Below, in pieces: positions 11,927-17,257 of a DNA stretch of 17,257 nucleotides (position 1 is the stretch's first letter; each line of letters opens with the position of its first letter). The translations under genes and the position numbers were made by a program. Below the pieces are notes generated by a model. It searched no databases and was not told the DNA's origin. It saw only the letters and a program-made list of their open reading frames with translations. The DNA lies in NCBI GenBank assembly GCA_002763225.1, contig PFAI01000047.1:26516-43772 (forward strand). The letters run 5' to 3'. The DNA comes from Candidatus Diapherotrites archaeon CG10_big_fil_rev_8_21_14_0_10_31_34 (GTDB lineage Archaea; Iainarchaeota; Iainarchaeia; Iainarchaeales; 1-14-0-10-31-34).

Positions 11927-12336
11927 AGATATCAAACGAAGAAATACTGCTCATTAACGCATTACAAAACTTTTCAGGGGTAACAGCAAGAGACTGTATT
12001 ATAAGCACAAAAAATATTTTGTTTGTAGTAAACGAAAAAGATGTAGGAAACGCAATAGGAAAAAAAGGAGAAAAAATAAATAAACTTAAACAAAAATTAA
12101 AGAAAAATATTGAAATTTATGGTTATACAGAAAAACCAGAAAATTTCATCAAAAATTCTTTAAGAGAAATAAAAATAAACGAAATAACCGAACAAGACAA
12201 TGAAGGAAAAAAAATCTTTTATTTAAATTTGGATTCAGAAAACAAAAGAAAGATTTTTACTCAAACAGGCAAACTGAAAAAAATAAAAGAATTATTAAAA
12301 AGAAATTATAAAATAGATGATATAAAAATAAAATAA
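11923..12336 (+). CDS. nusA: Archaeal NusA-like KH-domain protein
   Basis: [22 protein letters not shown] GxxG motif. Canonical position between rpl30e and rps12. Confidence 0.92.
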   Translation: MKISNEEILLINALQNFSGVTARDCIISTKNILFVVNEKDVGNAIGKKGEKINKLKQKLKKNIEIYGYTEKPENFIKNSLREIKINEITEQDNEGKKIFYLNLDSENKRKIFTQTGKLKKIKELLKRNYKIDDIKIK

Positions 12337-12358
12337 AAAAAATGGAAAAAGTGATGGT

Positions 12359-12790
12359 ATGGCAAGAGGAGAATTCAGTGCAAGAAGCCAGGAAAAAAAA
12401 AGAAAGAAATGGAAGAAAAAAAATCCAAAAGAAAAAATCAGATCAAAAAGAAAGCAGAAAAAACTAAAGGATATTTTAGAAGGATCTCCACAGGCAAGAG
12501 GAATTGTACTAGAAAAAAGAGGAGTAACAGCAAGACAGCCAAACTCCGGAATAAGAAAATGTGTGAGAGTTCAATTAATTAAAAACGGAAAACAATTAAC
12601 TGCTTTGGCTCCATATGACGGAGCAATCAAATTTATTGATGAACACGACGAAGTCTTAATTGAAGGCGGAGGCGGAAGAAAAAAAGGAGCAAAAGGAGAC
12701 TTATGGGGAGTAAAATTCAAAGTAATTAAAGTAAACAATCAGTCTCTTGAAATGCTTAGAAAAGGAAAGAAAGAAAAAGTAAAGAGGTAA
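12359..12790 (+). CDS. rps12: 30S ribosomal protein S12 (uS12)
   Basis: [45 protein letters not shown]. Confidence 0.97.
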   Translation: MARGEFSARSQEKKRKKWKKKNPKEKIRSKRKQKKLKDILEGSPQARGIVLEKRGVTARQPNSGIRKCVRVQLIKNGKQLTALAPYDGAIKFIDEHDEVLIEGGGGRKKGAKGDLWGVKFKVIKVNNQSLEMLRKGKKEKVKR

Positions 12791-12795
12791 AAAAA

Positions 12796-13413
12796 ATGAG
12801 TGAACAGAAAGAAACATTACTTTTTGGGAAATGGAATTCAGATGAAGTAAAAATAGATGATTTAGGTTTAGCTAAATACATTGCATTTGAAGACAAAATA
12901 ATCCCTCATTCATTTGGAAAAAACACTAGAAAAAGATTTGCAAAAGGAAAACTAAATATTGTGGAAAGACTGATAAACAAACTAATGCGTTCAGGACAAG
13001 GAAAAAGAAAGTTGTCTGGAAAATATATCAGAGGAAAAAGAAGCTGTGGAAAAAAACTTCAGGCAATGAGAATAGTAGAAGATGCTTTTTTAATAATAGA
13101 AAACGAAACAAAACAAAACCCTTTACAGGTATTAGTTAAAGCAATACAAAATTCAGCTCCAAGAGAAGACATTACAAGAGTCAAAAAAGGAGGAATTGCA
13201 TACACTCTTTCAGTCGATGTAGCTCCTTTGAAAAGAATCGATGAATCCTTAAAAAACATTGCTTTAGCAGCATTTTCTTCTTCTTTTAATAAAAAAGTTG
13301 ATGCCGCTCAAACTCTGGCAAAAGAATTAATTTTAGCTTCAAAAAACGATTCAAACTCTTTTTCAGTTAAAAGAAAAGACGAAGTAGAAAGAATCGCAGT
13401 AAGTTCAAGATAA
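12796..13413 (+). CDS. rps7: 30S ribosomal protein S7 (uS7)
   Basis: LFGKW, IVERLINKLMR, NPLQVLVKAIQNSAPRED, KDEVERIAVSSR. Confidence 0.97.
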   Translation: MSEQKETLLFGKWNSDEVKIDDLGLAKYIAFEDKIIPHSFGKNTRKRFAKGKLNIVERLINKLMRSGQGKRKLSGKYIRGKRSCGKKLQAMRIVEDAFLIIENETKQNPLQVLVKAIQNSAPREDITRVKKGGIAYTLSVDVAPLKRIDESLKNIALAAFSSSFNKKVDAAQTLAKELILASKNDSNSFSVKRKDEVERIAVSSR

Positions 13414-13417
13414 TAAT

Positions 13418-13450
13418 AAAGTTTTTGATTAAACTTTTGGAAAAAGTTTA
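13418..13450. repeat. Intergenic inverted repeats: TAAACTTTT-GGA-AAAAGTTTA (13430-13450) and overlapping AAAGTTT-N6-AAACTTT (13418-13437)
   Basis: Perfect 9-bp and 7-bp arms read directly from the sequence, immediately before the GGTGA SD of EF-2. Confidence 0.7.
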
Positions 13451-13459
13451 GGTGAATAA

Positions 13460-16400
13460 ATGAGTAAACGAGAAGATGTAGCAAGAAACGCAGAAAAATT
13501 TATGTCTCAAAGAGAAAACATCAGAAATATTGGTGTAGTAGCTCACATTGATCATGGAAAATGTGTAAGCGGAAAAACAAATATATTACTTGAAAATGGA
13601 AAAATTGAAAAAGCAGAAGATTTATTTAAGTTATCTGAAAAAGGAAAAAAAGCAAAAGAAAACAAGAATGAAATAGTTTTTGATATATCAAATTTAAATG
13701 AAAAAGTTTTAAGCTTTGACAAAAACAGAAAAGAAATTACGGCAAAAAAAATTACCCATGTATGGAAACTAAAAACAAATGAAAAGCTAATTAAACTGAC
13801 TTTTTCTAATGGCTCTGAAATTAAAACCACTTTAGAACATAAATTTCTTTTATTAAATGAAAAAGGAAAAATTCTTGAGAAACAAGCAAAAGAAATAGAG
13901 TTAAATGATTTTATTCTTGCCCCAAAGTTTATTAAAACAAAACCAGCGAATTTGAATGAATTAAAGCAAAACATCCTGCAAAACCTTGCAAAAGATGATG
14001 GTTTTTTTATAAGGTTAAATGAAAGAAACTCATTGGAAATTAAAAGAAAAATTCTTGATTACGGGTTGGAAAGAACAAGAAAAGAAATTCAGTCAAAACT
14101 GAAAAACAAGTCTTTTTATCAAGGGGCATACAACGGAAGATACAGATTAACGGATTTCAAAAAAATCTGCGAAAAATTCGGTTATGACTGCTTTGAATTA
14201 ATTGACTCAATTAATTACAGGGAAAGCCTGAAAAAAGACGGTCATTCATCAATTGATTTGAAACTTCCAAAAACAGAATATGAATTCACTGAGTTTTCAT
14301 ATTTGCTTGGATTAATTTGGGGTGACGGAGGCAAATCAGGAAAAGAAATCAGAATAACAAACGAAGACAAACAAATAATTGAAGAAACAAAATCGATAGC
14401 AGAAAGAGTATTTGGAATGAAGGCTACTGAAAGAAAATACGAAAACAAAGCGACAAGAATTGATTTAAGAGGCGGATTAACTTTCCTGAAAATTCTGGAG
14501 AAAGCATTTGATTTACCTTTAAGCAAAAAATCTGAAAGCATTGAAATCCCAAAACCAATTCAATCTTCTTCCAACCAGCTGCTCAAGGCATTTATTCAAG
14601 GATATTTTGATGCAGATGGAACAGTTGAAACATCTAGAAGGGCTGTGAGCCTGAACTCCAAATCAATTAAAATCTTAGAGCAACTTAAATTAAGCCTTTT
14701 GAGATTTAATTGCATGGCAACATTGAATAAAAAAAAACAAGCAATTTATATTTCAGGAACAAACCTGAAAATTTTTTCAGAAGAAATTGGTTTCAGGCTA
14801 AAAAGAAAACAGGAAAAAGCATTAAAGTTTTCAGCAATTTCCCAGACAAACAGAAACACTGATGCTTTGCCAATTTCCGGAAAAATTTTAAAAGAAATAA
14901 GAAAAGAACTGGAAATTCCGCTTAATGCATTTAAAAAAACACAAGAAGCAATTGAATCAGGCAAACAAAAAATTTATTCATTAAACTTCAAAGAATTCAT
15001 TTCTACTGTTTATTCTTTTGTCGGAAACCCAAAAATAAAAAATCCAGAAGCATGGGAAAAAATACAGGAAATAGAAAAAACATTATTTGATTGTTCAACC
15101 TTGTTTGTTACAAAAAAAGAACAAGAAAAAGAAGAATATGTTTTTGATTTTAGTGTAGAAGATACGCATAACTTTATTGGAAACGGGTTAATTATACATA
15201 ACACGACTATGACAGACAACTTAATTGCTGCCTCAGGAATAATTTCAACTGAATTAGCCGGAAAACAACAGTTCATGGATTTCTATGCATTAGAACAAGA
15301 AAGAGGAATAACAATTAATGCAGCAAATGTTTCAATTGTACAAAATTACAAAGGCAAAGATTATTTGATTAATATTATTGACACTCCAGGGCACATTGAT
15401 TTTGGAGGAGAAGTAATTAGAGCAATGAGAGCAGTAGATGGAGTAATTCTTGTTGTAGATGCAGTTGAAGGAGTAATGCCTCAAACTGAAACAGTAATAA
15501 GGCAGTCACTAAAAGAAAACGTAAAACCTTCTTTATTTATCAATAAAGTTGACAGGCTTGTAAATGAATTACAGTTAACTGAAAAACAAATGCAGGAAAG
15601 ATTTATCAAAACAATTGTCCAAGTCAACAGATTAATTGAAAGAAACGCACCAGACCAATTCAAAGAAAAATGGAAAGTAAGAGTAGAAGATGGTTCAGTA
15701 GTATTTGGTTCAGCTTATTATAACTGGGCTGTATCAGTTTTGCATATGAAAACAACCGGAATAACATTTAAAGAAGTATATAATTATTGTAAAAACGAAG
15801 ACCAAAAAACTTTAGCAGAAAAAAGTCCTTTATATGAAGCAATAGTTGAATTAGTAATACAGCATTTGCCTAATCCTTTAGTTGCACAAAAATACAGGAT
15901 ACCAAAAATTTGGAAAGGCGAAATAGAAAGCATTGAAGGAAAAGCAATGATTGAATGCGATCCAAACGGTCCTTTATCAATGATGATAGTTGATGTAAGT
16001 GTTGACCCGCACGCAGGAGATGTAGCAACAGGAAGAATTTATTCCGGAACAGTTAGAAAAGGAACTCAAATAAAAATGATTGGCGGAAAAAAAGACATTG
16101 GAGTACAACAAGTAGCATTATTTATGGGACCAGAAAGAGTTGCAGTAAGCGAAGTTCCGGCAGGAAATATTGCAGCATTAGTTGGCTTAAAAGAAGTTTA
16201 TGCAGGAGAAACATTATCTACAATTAACATGAAAGAATTTGAAGCATTTATGTCTAATACTGAACCAGTAATAACTGTTTCAGTTGAAGCAAAAGAAGCA
16301 AAAAATCTTCCAAAATTAATTGAAGTAATAAGACAAATAACAAAAGAAGACCCAAATATCAGAGCAGTAGTAAACCAGGATACCGGAGAACATTTACTTT

Positions 16401-17257
16401 CAGGAATGGGAGAACTGCACTTAGAAGTAACACAACACAGAATTGAAGTAGACCATAAAATTCCAATTACAGTAAGCCCTCCGATAGTTGTTTACAGAGA
16501 AACAATAAACAAAAATTCTCCAAAAAAACATGAAGCAAAAACTCCAAACAAACACAACAAATTTTATATGCATGTAGAAAAAATTCCAGAAGAAATAATG
16601 GAAAAATTAATTGAATCAAAAATCAACGGAAAAATAAGAGAAAAAGACAAGCATTTAGTTCAGCAATTCATTGACATGGGAATCGACAGAGAAGAAGCAA
16701 AAAGAATCTGGGCAGTAAATAATAATTGTTATATTGTTAATGCAACAAAAGGAATTGAAGCATTATTTGAAGTAAGAGAATTAATTACTCAAGCATTTAA
16801 TGACGCAACAAACGAAGGACCTTTAGCAAAAGAAAAAGTACAGGGGATAAAAGTAATGCTGGAAGACGCAAAATTACATGAAGACGCAATTCACAGAGGA
16901 CCTGCACAAGTGCTTCCTGCAATAACCAGAGGAATTTATGCCTGTATACTTCAGGCTGATCCATTATTATTTGAACCAAAACAAATTTTATTTATCACTG
17001 TTCCACAAGATTTTATGGGAGCAGTAAGCAAAGAACTTGGAGCAAGAAGAGCCCAAATAACTGACATGAAAACCGAAGGCGACCAGACAATTATTATTGG
17101 TAAAGCTCCTGTAAAAGAATTAATTGGATTTAGTGCTGCAATAAGAGGGGCCACACAAGGAAGAGCAATCTGGACAGCAGAATACGCTGGCTTTGAATTA
17201 CTTCCAAGAGAATTACAGCACAACACAGTAGTTGAAATCAGAAAAAGAAAAGGAATG
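13460..17257 (+). CDS. fusA: Elongation factor 2 (aEF-2) precursor with intein; 3' end truncated by the window
   Basis: Manual translation: MSKREDVARNAEKFMSQRENIRNIGVVAHIDHGK-[intein]-TTMTDNL...EQERGITI...DTPGHIDF...NKVD...GMGELHLE...LHEDAIHRGPAQ...IRKRKGM. 1266 codons in the window, 719 of them extein. GGTGA SD at 13451. Confidence 0.97.
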   Translation, partial: MSKREDVARNAEKFMSQRENIRNIGVVAHIDHGKCVSGKTNILLENGKIEKAEDLFKLSEKGKKAKENKNEIVFDISNLNEKVLSFDKNRKEITAKKITHVWKLKTNEKLIKLTFSNGSEIKTTLEHKFLLLNEKGKILEKQAKEIELNDFILAPKFIKTKPANLNELKQNILQNLAKDDGFFIRLNERNSLEIKRKILDYGLERTRKEIQSKLKNKSFYQGAYNGRYRLTDFKKICEKFGYDCFELIDSINYRESLKKDGHSSIDLKLPKTEYEFTEFSYLLGLIWGDGGKSGKEIRITNEDKQIIEETKSIAERVFGMKATERKYENKATRIDLRGGLTFLKILEKAFDLPLSKKSESIEIPKPIQSSSNQLLKAFIQGYFDADGTVETSRRAVSLNSKSIKILEQLKLSLLRFNCMATLNKKKQAIYISGTNLKIFSEEIGFRLKRKQEKALKFSAISQTNRNTDALPISGKILKEIRKELEIPLNAFKKTQEAIESGKQKIYSLNFKEFISTVYSFVGNPKIKNPEAWEKIQEIEKTLFDCSTLFVTKKEQEKEEYVFDFSVEDTHNFIGNGLIIHNTTMTDNLIAASGIISTELAGKQQFMDFYALEQERGITINAANVSIVQNYKGKDYLINIIDTPGHIDFGGEVIRAMRAVDGVILVVDAVEGVMPQTETVIRQSLKENVKPSLFINKVDRLVNELQLTEKQMQERFIKTIVQVNRLIERNAPDQFKEKWKVRVEDGSVVFGSAYYNWAVSVLHMKTTGITFKEVYNYCKNEDQKTLAEKSPLYEAIVELVIQHLPNPLVAQKYRIPKIWKGEIESIEGKAMIECDPNGPLSMMIVDVSVDPHAGDVATGRIYSGTVRKGTQIKMIGGKKDIGVQQVALFMGPERVAVSEVPAGNIAALVGLKEVYAGETLSTINMKEFEAFMSNTEPVITVSVEAKEAKNLPKLIEVIRQITKEDPNIRAVVNQDTGEHLLSGMGELHLEVTQHRIEVDHKIPITVSPPIVVYRETINKNSPKKHEAKTPNKHNKFYMHVEKIPEEIMEKLIESKINGKIREKDKHLVQQFIDMGIDREEAKRIWAVNNNCYIVNATKGIEALFEVRELITQAFNDATNEGPLAKEKVQGIKVMLEDAKLHEDAIHRGPAQVLPAITRGIYACILQADPLLFEPKQILFITVPQDFMGAVSKELGARRAQITDMKTEGDQTIIIGKAPVKELIGFSAAIRGATQGRAIWTAEYAGFELLPRELQHNTVVEIRKRKGM
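13562..15202 (+). mobile_element. Intein (547 aa) with LAGLIDADG homing endonuclease, inserted in the EF-2 P-loop (HGK/TT)
   Basis: Block A CVSGKTNILLENG, block B EIKTTLEHKF, block C LLGLIWGDG (14303-14329), block E FIQGYFDADG (14591-14620), block F YVFDFSVEDTHNF, block G GLIIHN followed by +1 Thr. Confidence 0.97.

Noticed and set aside
13552..15276. Standalone endonuclease gene or intron in the apparent ORF-track gap
   Set aside because: The region is one continuous + strand frame with EF-2 and has protein-splicing motifs, so it is an intein.
16874..16909. Loss of the EF-2 diphthamide site
   Set aside because: LHEDAIHRGPAQ is canonical, with the target His at 16892-16894.

Overview
AT-rich archaeal chromosomal window. 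A DPANN-type lineage such as Iainarchaeota/Diapherotrites is a plausible guess, not established. The left end (1-3745) carries uppP, two small membrane proteins, a lipoprotein-like membrane protein, a Lys/Glu-rich protein and a minus-strand HTH + CTP-dependent riboflavin kinase. From 3951 to the end is the conserved archaeal cluster rpoH-rpoB''-rpoB'-[79-aa inserted ORF]-rpoA'-rpoA''-rpl30e-nusA-rps12-rps7-EF-2. The EF-2 gene (13460 to beyond 17257) is absent from the ORF track because its stop lies outside the window. It contains a 547-aa LAGLIDADG intein in the GTPase P-loop. Main observation: the RNA polymerase keeps NADFDGD but has radical substitutions in several near-invariant active-site elements (trigger loop TFH->TKH, bridge helix EGL->QGE, metal-B ED->LD, link R->K, switch 3), and uS12 has altered decoding loops (RQPNSG, GDLWG). 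Reference motifs and yeast/E. coli residue numbers are recalled from memory and need confirming by alignment.
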